Source: Methanothrix sp. (lineage in GTDB: Archaea > Halobacteriota > Methanosarcinia > Methanotrichales > Methanotrichaceae). Taken from it: a stretch of 60,009 nt of DNA. The translations under genes and the position numbers were made by a program. The DNA lies in assembly GCA_037128175.1 (NCBI GenBank), contig JBAXWY010000012.1, positions 1-60,009 on the forward strand, given 5' to 3'. This document shows positions 16,921 through 26,862 of the stretch, one piece after another (position 1 is the first letter of the stretch; every line of letters begins with the position of its first letter). The notes beneath the pieces are model-generated. The model saw nothing but the letters and a program-made list of their open reading frames with translations. It made no database searches and was not told where the DNA came from.

Positions 16921-19089
16921 ATGAATCAATTAGTCGTTCTCCAGGAAATTTATGCATCTCTTTCTAAAGGAGGTGATGGTCTACAAAAAATCGATAGTAA
17001 GGCCATCGAAGGAAGTTGTCCCGAACACTTAGGTAAATTGCTGGAAAGCTCCCGGAAGGGCAGAATCGACGAGGAAGTTTGCCGCGAACTTTCTCTTAGG
17101 CTCCAAGATGTTTATGAGATTAAGCGGCTGGGCGATATATGCCGCAGGGTGGATCTGCCTGATCTCGCTATAAAAACATACAACCGGGCTCTGTCTCTCT
17201 GCCGCGATCCGATTCTGCGACCGGTGCTGCAGAATAACCTGGGTCAAGCCTTCGTCCATCAGGGAGATCTGGCGAAAGCTGCTTTCTACTACCAGAAGTC
17301 TGCCGACTGCTTTGCCAAGGAGGGGGATCATATCGGCCTTGCCCATGTATTGGGGAATTTGGGCTCTGCCTACCGGAAGAGTGGGGAATGGGACAAAGCG
17401 ATAGAGCACTGTTACCGCAGCCTGAAGACCTTCGAGGAGAAGGGTGACGATCTCGGCATCGCTCAGATGACGGGAAGCCTCGGCCGGATCTATGCTGATA
17501 TGGGCGAGAAGGAGCTTGCTGCCCGATACTTCGAGAGAAGCCTGACCGACTTTCAGAGACTGGGTGATAAAAGGAGCACTGCCTGGGTGCTGGACCGGCT
17601 GGGAAGAATTGCCGGCCAGAGAATGGACTGGGATAAAGCACTGTGCTACTTCAATTCCAGCCTCTCTTTGTTCGAAGAGCAAGGCGAAAGTCAGAGCCAG
17701 GGAATTGTTCTATCCAATCTGGGACGCATCTACCTGCAGATGGGTCAGGCAACTGCTGCTCGCGAACCTCTGGAGAGAGCCGTTCTGCTCATTTCCCGCC
17801 AAATAAAGCCCAGTTATCAGAATGCCCTCTATTGCCTGGCGAAAACTTACAGCTCCCTGGCAAAAAATTGCCTGCAAGAAGAACCGGGCCGATCATCCAG
17901 CCGGCAACAAAGGCAGGAGGCCTCCCAGCTATTCGTCCTGGCTTCTAACCGTTATCATGAGCTGTCATCTACCCTTGAGGAAGGCCAGGCCGAGATCAAG
18001 GTAGCCGAGGCAATTGCAAAGAGCAGGTCCTATCTGGCCATGCTTGGTGGGGATGTCCAGGGCGAGGAGGCGCTGATACTGGTGGAGAGGGCCCAGACCT
18101 TCCTGGACAATGCAGCTCTAAATGCCAGTGATGGCAATAAAGCCGGGATCCTGGGCCTGCAAAGAATCATCGCCGGCATGAAGGAAGTCTACAGCATTGG
18201 GCTTTTAGCAAACGATCCCTTGATGTTGACCCGCGCCCTGAACAATGCCTCGGAGTATCTCATGGGAGGGACCCAGGGGTGGTCATCAGAGGAGGCGGGC
18301 GGCTTTCTTTGCCAGGCCCTGAAAGATATCAATGCCAGCGTAGATATGCAGAGATCGGGAAGAGATGCGACCGAGAAGTTGCAGGCTGCAGCCGTGGCTT
18401 TGCGCCAAGCAGAAAAGAATTTAGATGGGAAAGAAAGCAGCGCAAATAGGATTGCACAGGCCGCAGAAATCCTGGAGGGGCCGGCAGCAAACGTAAGTGG
18501 GCAATGCCAGGCCGCCCTGCAACTTATTGCCGGGGTTATGATGAGCAATTCGCTAAACAAAATCGATGATAGTAATAGCATATTTACCTGGGATGAGTCT
18601 CTGTATCTCTCGCCCGTGACCGAAAAGGGTGAATTTGTGGTTAATATCAAGATAAATGATCTGCATGAGCCCGAGTCGGAACCCATAGCAAAGACGGACC
18701 TGCCGGTCCTGGAGGTCTCAAAGGAGGGGTATGTGGCAAAAGACCTGATCTTGGCGGATGGCTGGCTGGTCCCAATCAAAGTCGACCTGGCCTGCAAGAG
18801 TTACGGCCAGCTTCTATTGCCGGCCATAGGGCAGCAATTCCGGGCAAGTAAGGAAATGCCCCTAGCAAGTAAGGAAATGCCCCAAAAACCTGAGGACGGG
18901 AAGCCTGAGCCGTACGAAAAGGCTCTTTCAGAATCTAATGAATTCAGCGAAGCCGTCCCAGATGCCGAAATAGAGATCGAGTCTCAAGAAAGCCCCTTCA
19001 GCCGCTCGAAAGCCGTATTCCTCCTCAAGGTTATGACGGCTCTCTTGGTGATGCTGCTGGCAATAGAGGCAATACTATACTTGATATAG
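16921..19089 (+). CDS. TPR-repeat protein with C-terminal membrane anchor
   Basis: Several LGNLG..Y...G....A...Y..SL repeats; hydrophobic C-terminus; start uncertain. Confidence 0.8.
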   Translation: MNQLVVLQEIYASLSKGGDGLQKIDSKAIEGSCPEHLGKLLESSRKGRIDEEVCRELSLRLQDVYEIKRLGDICRRVDLPDLAIKTYNRALSLCRDPILRPVLQNNLGQAFVHQGDLAKAAFYYQKSADCFAKEGDHIGLAHVLGNLGSAYRKSGEWDKAIEHCYRSLKTFEEKGDDLGIAQMTGSLGRIYADMGEKELAARYFERSLTDFQRLGDKRSTAWVLDRLGRIAGQRMDWDKALCYFNSSLSLFEEQGESQSQGIVLSNLGRIYLQMGQATAAREPLERAVLLISRQIKPSYQNALYCLAKTYSSLAKNCLQEEPGRSSSRQQRQEASQLFVLASNRYHELSSTLEEGQAEIKVAEAIAKSRSYLAMLGGDVQGEEALILVERAQTFLDNAALNASDGNKAGILGLQRIIAGMKEVYSIGLLANDPLMLTRALNNASEYLMGGTQGWSSEEAGGFLCQALKDINASVDMQRSGRDATEKLQAAAVALRQAEKNLDGKESSANRIAQAAEILEGPAANVSGQCQAALQLIAGVMMSNSLNKIDDSNSIFTWDESLYLSPVTEKGEFVVNIKINDLHEPESEPIAKTDLPVLEVSKEGYVAKDLILADGWLVPIKVDLACKSYGQLLLPAIGQQFRASKEMPLASKEMPQKPEDGKPEPYEKALSESNEFSEAVPDAEIEIESQESPFSRSKAVFLLKVMTALLVMLLAIEAILYLI

Positions 19090-19117
19090 GCCGCAGTATC
19101 ATGTCTGCCTGGCAAAT

Positions 19118-19705
19118 ATGAAGAGAAAGCAGCTTGAGATGATGCTGGAGCGGCTGGAGGGCTTTAGTCGGCCCTCTTTTCAAAGGGAGCAATATGCAAC
19201 GCCGGCCTCTGTCGCCGCAGAGATGCTTTTCCTGGCAGGAATGCGCAAAGAGCTTGGTACCGTCTGTGACCTGGGCTGCGGGACGGGCGTGCTGGCCATA
19301 GGCGCGGCCCTACTGGGTGCGAGGGCCATTGGCGTGGAGATCGACGGCGATGCTTTGGCCATAGCCAGGAGAAATGCAGAAAAGTTAAACGTGGATGTGG
19401 ACTTCATCCGCGCCGATGTGAGAACGCTGGCTCTCAAGGGCATCGATACTGTGGTCATGAATCCGCCCTTTGGAGCCCAGAAGGCGAGTGCTGGAGACCG
19501 CGCTTTTCTTTGCACTGCCCGAAAAATCGCCAAGACGATCTACTCTCTGCATAATCAGGGAAGCGAAGCATTCATGAGAAGCTTTATGAAACCCTGCACG
19601 GTGCAGGAGATCTATCGCATTTCCTTTCCCTTGAAGAGATGCTTTGAGTTTCATAGCCAAGATGTCAAGGTCATTGAGGTTGAGCTATATAGAATAACAT
19701 GCTAG
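19118..19705 (+). CDS. METTL5-family SAM methyltransferase
   Basis: EQYATP, DLGCGTG, MNPPFG. Confidence 0.88.
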   Translation: MKRKQLEMMLERLEGFSRPSFQREQYATPASVAAEMLFLAGMRKELGTVCDLGCGTGVLAIGAALLGARAIGVEIDGDALAIARRNAEKLNVDVDFIRADVRTLALKGIDTVVMNPPFGAQKASAGDRAFLCTARKIAKTIYSLHNQGSEAFMRSFMKPCTVQEIYRISFPLKRCFEFHSQDVKVIEVELYRITC

Positions 19706-19792
19706 GATGCCAGACTTTAGATACTAGTAGCACTATCAATTCTAGGTGCTAGTGATGATACTGGATTTATATAGAGGAATCATAGAGGAATT

Positions 19793-20353
19793 ATGATGGA
19801 CGGTAGCTTTGTACTTCCTGGAGATGTGGTGGGATCGACCGAGGAGTTTGTTCCCGGAGACTGCACCTACGCTCGGGCAGGAACGATTTTTGCATCTACG
19901 GCTGGCCTGGTCAAGATCGATTCGAGAGCCAGATCCGCGAGTGTCATACCCAAGACCAATGCTCCTGTAAAGCTCTTTCAGGGTGATATCGTGGTGGGGG
20001 AGGTAATTGATCTCAAGGACAGTCTGGTCATAGTCTCGCTGGCCTTCAAGAAGGGGCATGAGGACAGACCCATCTCAGATGAGGAGGCGACCATTCACAT
20101 ATCCAATGTGAGAAACTCCTATGTCAAAGACCTGCGTCACCTCTTCTCGCTCCGCGATATTCTTAAGGCCAAGATCATCGACGAGAGACAGATGAGGCTT
20201 ACTACGGGCGACGAGGATCTGGGCGTTATCAAGGCCTACTGCACTCGTTGTCTTGCGGGCCTGGTCAAGAAAGAAAGCAAATTGGTCTGCCCCAATTGCG
20301 CCAATACCGAGACGCGCAAGATGAGCTCGGCCTACGGTCTGGGAGTGGTATGA
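19793..20353 (+). CDS. csl4: Exosome RNA-binding protein Csl4
   Basis: VLPGD..G..EEF, S1 domain, LGVIKAYC..C...C..C...ETRK zinc ribbon. Confidence 0.92.
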   Translation: MMDGSFVLPGDVVGSTEEFVPGDCTYARAGTIFASTAGLVKIDSRARSASVIPKTNAPVKLFQGDIVVGEVIDLKDSLVIVSLAFKKGHEDRPISDEEATIHISNVRNSYVKDLRHLFSLRDILKAKIIDERQMRLTTGDEDLGVIKAYCTRCLAGLVKKESKLVCPNCANTETRKMSSAYGLGVV

Positions 20354-20628
20354 TGAATTTGAAGATTATTAAGAAGACGGAGAATCAGGCCATTATCGAG
20401 TTTGTGGGGGAAGGGCATACTATCTTGAACTTGCTGCGAACCGAACTTTTGGCTGATGAAAGGGTGCTGATGGCCACCTACGACACCAAATTTCCCATCA
20501 TGGACAACCCCGTTTTCCGGCTCACGACCTCTGGTGTAGACCCCATAGTTGTTTTGAGAGAAGCTACTGGACGCATCATCGGCCAGTGCGAGGAGTTTTC
20601 CAGGCAGTATGCAGAGGCTGTAAAATAG
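20350..20628 (+). CDS. rpoL: RNA polymerase subunit L (Rpo11)
   Basis: GEGHTILNLLRTEL; conserved csl4-rpoL order; ATGA overlap. Confidence 0.9.
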   Translation: MMNLKIIKKTENQAIIEFVGEGHTILNLLRTELLADERVLMATYDTKFPIMDNPVFRLTTSGVDPIVVLREATGRIIGQCEEFSRQYAEAVK

Positions 20629-20707
20629 TTGGATTAAAATCCGGCTTTTAGTCTGCCTCATGGCAGGCTTTTTGCCGGCCGCATTTATTTCTGGTTATGG
20701 ATTTTCT

Positions 20708-21874
20708 TCAGTGCAATCGCTCGATAAGATCATTGGGATCCATCAACCCCAGTCTTTGCCAGATGATGTAGATCCCCAGGAACATGCCGGCTATGCCGCC
20801 AAGGTTGGCCATAACGCTCACCAGTAAGACTTTAAATAGTCTGTTTTGTCTCATCTGATCAAGGCTTCTCATCCGGCTAAGCCTCCTGAGATCTCCTACC
20901 GTCGGTTTCTGCTTGCATGCCTCCACCGTTCCTGCAAACAAACCTGCTGCAACAAATGGAATCAGAGTTGTCAACCAGGCCACCATGAGCGCTGTCAGGG
21001 CAGAAAGAGGATGCCCTCGGGCCAGGATCACTCCTAGTGCACTCAGGCCTCCTGTTATCGCGAACCAGATAACGAAGGCCAGCACAGTTTTTCTGCTGGA
21101 CTGTGCATTTACCAGGACCAGCGCCATGGCTGCCAGGACCAGCAATGTTAGAGCCGCCCCCAGGATCTTGATCGGTGAGACCTTTCTGCCTGGCTCTTTC
21201 CCGGTTTCCAGACTTTTAGTTCCAGCCTCAATATTGTCCAGCGCCCCCTTTATCCTCTCTACATGACCCGCATCAACTACAAACAGGACACTTCCCTCTC
21301 TGGAGAGTTGGAAGAGCTTTTCTGCAAGGTATGAATCATGCTCCGTCTTTAATGCATCAGACGCTTCTGGAGAGATCTGGCTAAGATCTGAGATCATCTG
21401 CGAGGCGGCATCATTTGAGATAAGGCTGTCTTCCTTGATTTTGTCCTTTTGCTTATTCATTTTGACCTGGATCGTAAAGCACAAGACACGGAGCTTATCC
21501 AGAAAACTCATATTGTTCCAAAAACGCTCCAGAATTGCACTCTCATTACCGCCCAGTGATTCCAGGCGGGCGCCTGCTTTATCAGCAGCTGCGCATGCCG
21601 CCTGTATCTCCGATCCCGGCTTAGTGTTTCCATCGTCCCCGATTTTCTCATACCTGTTGGCCATGAGCATCTGCACCAGGAGCAGAAGAATTTTGCTGCC
21701 ATTGAGAAGCACATGTATCTTGAGCTCCTCTTCTGCATCCTCTAGGCCAGTTCTGGATTCATGGCAGTCGCGGCAAAGCTCAAAGGCCACGATATGGGGC
21801 TTCAATTCCTCAATTGCTCTGGCAGCTTGGGCGGTCTCGATGATTGTTATTTTATTTTCTTCTAGATTCTTCAA
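20708..21874 (-). CDS. TraB/PrgY-family membrane protein, divergent
   Basis: KP.IVAFELC, KPGSEI.AA, VDAGH, GHPLSAL, ANLG C-terminal TM region. Confidence 0.75.
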   Translation of the reverse strand: MKNLEENKITIIETAQAARAIEELKPHIVAFELCRDCHESRTGLEDAEEELKIHVLLNGSKILLLLVQMLMANRYEKIGDDGNTKPGSEIQAACAAADKAGARLESLGGNESAILERFWNNMSFLDKLRVLCFTIQVKMNKQKDKIKEDSLISNDAASQMISDLSQISPEASDALKTEHDSYLAEKLFQLSREGSVLFVVDAGHVERIKGALDNIEAGTKSLETGKEPGRKVSPIKILGAALTLLVLAAMALVLVNAQSSRKTVLAFVIWFAITGGLSALGVILARGHPLSALTALMVAWLTTLIPFVAAGLFAGTVEACKQKPTVGDLRRLSRMRSLDQMRQNRLFKVLLVSVMANLGGIAGMFLGIYIIWQRLGLMDPNDLIERLH

Positions 21875-22034
21875 AGTTGGTAACCTTGGGATGCAATAAC
21901 GACGATAGTCTTTTAAGTTTGCGCTTGGGATTGGCCATTTGTCGAAATAAATATGCAGCAGTGATCACAGATTTAATATAACTTTGGATTGCAATTATAA
22001 GAAAATACAATAAATAAGTTCGAAAGGGGATACA

Positions 22035-24596
22035 CTGCTGGCTAAGAATTTTGATATAAACACCGCTCAAGGCCTATCTGATGCCGAAGCTGCAAAACTG
22101 CTAAAAGAAGTTGGCTATAACGAGTTGCCTTCATCCAAACCTCGCACCATCTTAGCCATTGCTCTGGAGGTTGTTAAGGAGCCTATGTTTCTCCTCCTGG
22201 TGGCGGGCGGTCTGGTCTATCTATTGCTCGGTGATCTCCAGGAGGCCTTGATGCTGCTGGGCTTCGTCTTAGTTGTCATGGGCATTACTTTTTTCCAGGA
22301 ACGAAAGACCGAACGAGCCCTGGAGTCTTTGCGAGACCTTTCCAGTCCCCGTGCTCTGGTAATCCGGGATGGCGTTGATAAAAGGATAGCTGGAAGGGAT
22401 GTCGTTCCTGGTGACCTTATCGTTCTTGCGGAGGGCGACCGCGTGGCTGCTGATGCGGTATTGCTCCGCAGCACTAACCTTTCCGCAGATGAATCACTTC
22501 TCACTGGCGAATCTGTCTCAGTACGAAAGGTATGCTGCGAGAGCACGGAAGATTTACCTGTGATGGCAAGGCCTGGTGGGGACGATTTACCCTTTGTCTA
22601 CTCGGGAAGCCTCGTTGTGCAGGGCCAGGGCGTTGCAGTGGTCCGGGCCACGGGAATTAACACCGAGATTGGCAAGATAGGAAAGGCTTTGCAGAAAGTC
22701 GAGTCCGAGGAGACGGCGCTGCAAAAAGAGACGAATTTGCTGGTAAGAAACCTGGCCATACTCGGCCTGAGCCTATGCTTGTTGGTAGTGATTGCCTACG
22801 GCATGACCAGAGGCGACTGGCTGCAAGGACTCCTGGCAGGCATAACTATGGCCATGGCCGTGCTGCCGGAGGAGTTTCCCGTGGTTTTGACCATATTTCT
22901 GGCCTTGGGCGCATGGAGAATCTCACAGAGCAATGTCTTGACCAGGCGCGTTCCCGCAATAGAGACACTGGGTTCAGCTACCGTGCTCTGTGTTGATAAG
23001 ACCGGCACTTTGACCATGAACCGTATGAAGGTGAAGAAGATATTCGCCGGCAGCGAGTTCTTTGAACTGGATGATGGTAAAAAATCTTTGCCGGATGCTA
23101 TCCATGAGGTAATTGAGTTTAGCATTCTGGCGAGTTCGATAGATCCCTTCGATCCCATGGAGAAGGCCTTCCGAAAACTGGGCGAGGACTACCTGGAAAG
23201 AACTGAGCACATGCACAGGGACTGGGAGCTGGTAAAAGAATATCCGCTATCAAAGAAGCTGCTGGCCATGTCTCGCGTCTGGAGATCGCCCTTTGGAAAA
23301 GAGTATGTGATCGCGGCCAAAGGAGCGCCCGAGGCCATAATAGAGCTGTGTCACGTCGATTTGAATCGGCAAGAGGAGCTTTCCCGGGCGGTTCAGGTTA
23401 TGGCAAAGGAAGGTATGCGGGTCCTGGGCGTCGCCACTGCATCCTTGCAAGAGATGGATTTGCCGGATGGACAGCACGGCTTCGATTTCAAATTCATGGG
23501 CCTGATCGGCATGGAGGATCCGGTTCGTCCGGGCGTTCCTCAGGCCATCAAGGAGTGCTATTCGGCAGGAATAAGAGTAGTAATGATAACTGGAGACAAT
23601 CCCGGCACCGCTCAGGCCATAGCCAGGCAGATCGGATTTCCATCAGATCAGGTAATTACTGGCCCCGAGTTAGAGAAATTGAGCGATCAGGAACTTCAGA
23701 ATCAAGTCCGAAATATCTGCATCTTCTCCCGGGTTATGCCGGAGCAGAAGCTGAGGCTGGTCTTGGCCTTAAAGGCTAACGGAGAGGTCGTGGCTATGAC
23801 CGGCGACGGCGTGAATGATGCGCCCGCCCTCAAAGCCGCTAATATTGGAATTGCCATGGGCAAGAGGGGTACGGATGTGGCCCGCGAGGCGGCATCTCTG
23901 GTGCTCCTGGACGACGACTTCTCGTCAATAGTCAAAGCAGTGAGGCTAGGCCGCCGGATCTTCGACAATATCAAAAAGGCCATGGCCTATATCCTGGCCA
24001 TCCATGTGCCTATCGCAGGCATGTCGCTTATTCCCGTGCTCCTGGAGTGGCCGTTAATCTTTTTCCCGATTCATGTGGTATTCCTTGAGCTAATCATCGA
24101 TCCCGCCTGCTCAATTGCTTTTGAGGCTGAACCCGAGGAAAAAGATGTAATGCAGCGGCAGCCACGCGACCCGAATAAGCCTCTTTTTAGCCGGCGCACA
24201 TTGGGCCTCAGCTTGCTTCAGGGAATCAGTGTTCTGATCATAGTCCTGGCAGTCTTCGCAGTTTCACTTTATCGTGGTCAGGGTGAGTCTGAGGCAAGAG
24301 CCATGACTTATACTACGCTCGTCATTGCCAACCTTAGCCTGATACTGGCAAATAGGTCCTGGTCCCGGACAATTTTAGAGACCATGAGCACTCCCAATCC
24401 CGCTCTCTGGTGGGTAGTGGGAGGGGCCCTTGCTTTCTTAGGATCGGTAATCTATGTTCCCTTTATCACAGAACTATTCGGCTTTGCCCATCTGCATCTC
24501 ATCGATATCGCCATTTGTTTCATGGCAGGGATAGCGAGCGTTCTATGGTTTGAAGGACTGAAGATCATCAATAGAAAACGAGGATTTATCCCTTAG
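22035..24596 (+). CDS. P-type cation-transporting ATPase (type II, Ca2+-like)
   Basis: TGES, PEEFP, DKTGT, TGD, GDGVND motifs. The frame extends upstream through GLSDAEAAKLL...GYNEL to CTG codons at 22035/22038. Confidence 0.9.
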   Translation: MLAKNFDINTAQGLSDAEAAKLLKEVGYNELPSSKPRTILAIALEVVKEPMFLLLVAGGLVYLLLGDLQEALMLLGFVLVVMGITFFQERKTERALESLRDLSSPRALVIRDGVDKRIAGRDVVPGDLIVLAEGDRVAADAVLLRSTNLSADESLLTGESVSVRKVCCESTEDLPVMARPGGDDLPFVYSGSLVVQGQGVAVVRATGINTEIGKIGKALQKVESEETALQKETNLLVRNLAILGLSLCLLVVIAYGMTRGDWLQGLLAGITMAMAVLPEEFPVVLTIFLALGAWRISQSNVLTRRVPAIETLGSATVLCVDKTGTLTMNRMKVKKIFAGSEFFELDDGKKSLPDAIHEVIEFSILASSIDPFDPMEKAFRKLGEDYLERTEHMHRDWELVKEYPLSKKLLAMSRVWRSPFGKEYVIAAKGAPEAIIELCHVDLNRQEELSRAVQVMAKEGMRVLGVATASLQEMDLPDGQHGFDFKFMGLIGMEDPVRPGVPQAIKECYSAGIRVVMITGDNPGTAQAIARQIGFPSDQVITGPELEKLSDQELQNQVRNICIFSRVMPEQKLRLVLALKANGEVVAMTGDGVNDAPALKAANIGIAMGKRGTDVAREAASLVLLDDDFSSIVKAVRLGRRIFDNIKKAMAYILAIHVPIAGMSLIPVLLEWPLIFFPIHVVFLELIIDPACSIAFEAEPEEKDVMQRQPRDPNKPLFSRRTLGLSLLQGISVLIIVLAVFAVSLYRGQGESEARAMTYTTLVIANLSLILANRSWSRTILETMSTPNPALWWVVGGALAFLGSVIYVPFITELFGFAHLHLIDIAICFMAGIASVLWFEGLKIINRKRGFIP

Positions 24597-24691
24597 ATGC
24601 CAACATCGTTATCTCTGATTTTTCAGATTTTTCGGAAAAGCTTATATTCTCAGAATACAACGCAATTGCTATAATGGCCTGAGGCGCAAAA

Positions 24692-24967
24692 GTGACCACA
24701 AAAGATGAGAATGAACCCTGCTGCCGGCCAAGCGAGATCGGTAGTTGCAGCGTAGAGTCGATTGTAACCATAGACGAGAGAGGACAGATGGTCCTCCCCA
24801 AAGAGATCCGGGAGAGAGCAAAGATAAAGCCGGGAGACAAGCTGGCTTTGCTTAGCCTGGAGAAAGACGGCAAGGTCTGCTGCCTATCTTTGATCAAGGT
24901 GGAAGAGCTGGAAGGCATGGTCAAGTCCCGGCTGGGTCCGGTAATAAACGAGGCTTTTAAGGAATAG
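24692..24967 (+). CDS. Cys-rich AbrB/MazE-fold regulator (HgcC-like)
   Basis: VESIVTIDERGQMVLPKEIRE..I.PGDKL; CC motifs at the N-terminus and mid-protein. Confidence 0.8.
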   Translation: MTTKDENEPCCRPSEIGSCSVESIVTIDERGQMVLPKEIRERAKIKPGDKLALLSLEKDGKVCCLSLIKVEELEGMVKSRLGPVINEAFKE

Positions 24968-24971
24968 GCAG

Positions 24972-25802
24972 GTGGAAAAGATGAATGATCAAGATCTGAA
25001 GAATGCGGTAAAAGAGAGCTACTCGCGTGTGGCAAAGAACGCGGGATCTTGCTGTTCGTCAGGCTGCTGTGGATCGGTTAAGCCCCAGCAGATCAGCAAG
25101 AAGGTCGGTTACACCGATGAGCAGATAGAGGCCGTGCCCGAGGGATCGAACCTGGGGCTAGGCTGCGGAAACCCGATTGCATTTGCCTCCTTAAAAGATG
25201 GTGAGACCGTCCTGGACCTGGGGTCGGGAGCCGGATTTGATTGCTTTCTGGCATCAAAGATCGTAGGCTCGCGGGGAAAGGTCATCGGTGTCGATATGAC
25301 GGCAGAGATGGTGGCGCGGGCAAAAGCCAATGCAGTTAAAGGTGTCTACAGCAATGTGGAGTTTCGATTTGGTGAGATCGAGGCCCTGCCGGTCGAGGAT
25401 AATACCGTCGATGTCATCATCTCCAACTGCGTCATCAACCTGGTGCCGGACAAGGAGAAGGCCTTCCGGGAGGCGTTCAGAGTTCTTCGCCCCGGCGGCA
25501 GGCTGATGGTCTCGGATATCGTCCTATTGAAGGGACTGCCTGATTTCGTCAAGCAATCGATTAAGGCTTACGTGGGATGCATCGCAGGAGCCCTTCCGAA
25601 GGATAAGTATCTGGACGCCATAAAGTCTGCGGGATTCAAAGACGTCTCTGTAATGCAGGAGTCCATCTTCCCCTTGGACTGCATGACCAATGATCCTACC
25701 GGTCAGGCGATTCTAAAGAGTTTGGATGGATCTATGGAAGATATAAAAAAAGTTGAGGGCTGCATATCCAGCGTGAAGGTCAGCGCCTTCAAACCTGAAT
25801 GA
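24972..25802 (+). CDS. arsM: Arsenite S-adenosylmethionine methyltransferase
   Basis: SCC..CC, LGLGCGNP, LDLGSGAGFD, ISNCVINL, GCIAGA. Confidence 0.9.
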   Translation: MEKMNDQDLKNAVKESYSRVAKNAGSCCSSGCCGSVKPQQISKKVGYTDEQIEAVPEGSNLGLGCGNPIAFASLKDGETVLDLGSGAGFDCFLASKIVGSRGKVIGVDMTAEMVARAKANAVKGVYSNVEFRFGEIEALPVEDNTVDVIISNCVINLVPDKEKAFREAFRVLRPGGRLMVSDIVLLKGLPDFVKQSIKAYVGCIAGALPKDKYLDAIKSAGFKDVSVMQESIFPLDCMTNDPTGQAILKSLDGSMEDIKKVEGCISSVKVSAFKPE

Positions 25803-25811
25803 AGGATTCCA

Positions 25812-26849
25812 TTGATGATCGAGATAGACGGCTCCTTTGGAGAAGGCGGCGGCCAGATTGTGCGCACAGCCGTGGCGCTATCGGCAGTGACGGAAAAGCC
25901 CGTGCGCATAACCAGGATCCGGCAGGGCCGGCCCAAACCCGGCCTGGCGGCGCAGCATGCCCGGGCCATAACGGCATTAGCCGCAATTTGCGATGCCAGG
26001 ACATCGGGAGTGACGCCGGGTTCTTCCGAGATCGTTTTCACGCCGGGAGAGATTCGGGGCGGCAGCTACAGGGTTGAGATTGGAACCGCAGGCAGCGTGA
26101 CATTGCTCATGCAGTGCCTTTTGCCGGCGCTGCTGCGGGCCGATGGTCCTTCTTCTCTGCAAATTCAGGGAGGGACGGATGTACAATGGTCTCCTGCGGT
26201 TGACTATTTTAAAAATGTCTTTCTGCCTGCTCTATCCTCTTTCGGGATCAAGGTGAGCCTGGAGGTTTTACAAAGAGGATACTATCCCCTAGGCCAGGGC
26301 GAGGTGCTCTTAGAGGTCGAGCCGGCAAAGCTGAAGGCCTCTCAATTGGCAGGCAGGGCTTGTGATGCCGGGCAGATTATTCAGAATATACAGAATTCTG
26401 TGCAGGGAGTGTCTCACTGCTCAAGTCTGCCCGAGCACGTTGCTGCCAGGCAGGCCGACTCGGCGGCAGAGGCGCTACAGCAGGCAGGCTTTTCTGCTCA
26501 AATATCTCGTGAGGCTCTGCGGTTGCCCTCTTTGGGAAGCGGCATCACTCTTTGGTCCGGCTGCAAAGGGGCGAGCAGTCTTGGCGAGAGGGGGCTGCCG
26601 GCGGAAAAAGTGGGCAGAAGGGCGACAGAGGAGCTGATTATTGAGCTAAGATCAGCCGCCACTGTGGATGTGCACCTGGCCGACCAGCTCATTCCCTATC
26701 TGGCCCTGGCAGGAGGAAGCTGTACGGTGCGGGAGATTTCTCTGCACGCCAGGACCAACATCTGGACGGTCGGGCAGTTCCTGGATGCAAAAATTGAGAT
26801 CAAAGAGGAGAAAGGGCTCTTTCGGATGGAGAGCGCCCTTGGGCAATGA
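25812..26849 (+). CDS. rtcA: RNA 3'-terminal phosphate cyclase
   Basis: DGSFGEGGGQIVR, PGLAAQH, GGTDV, GYYP.G.G, HLADQL. Confidence 0.93.
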   Translation: MMIEIDGSFGEGGGQIVRTAVALSAVTEKPVRITRIRQGRPKPGLAAQHARAITALAAICDARTSGVTPGSSEIVFTPGEIRGGSYRVEIGTAGSVTLLMQCLLPALLRADGPSSLQIQGGTDVQWSPAVDYFKNVFLPALSSFGIKVSLEVLQRGYYPLGQGEVLLEVEPAKLKASQLAGRACDAGQIIQNIQNSVQGVSHCSSLPEHVAARQADSAAEALQQAGFSAQISREALRLPSLGSGITLWSGCKGASSLGERGLPAEKVGRRATEELIIELRSAATVDVHLADQLIPYLALAGGSCTVREISLHARTNIWTVGQFLDAKIEIKEEKGLFRMESALGQ

Positions 26850-26862
26850 GCTTGGGGATCGT

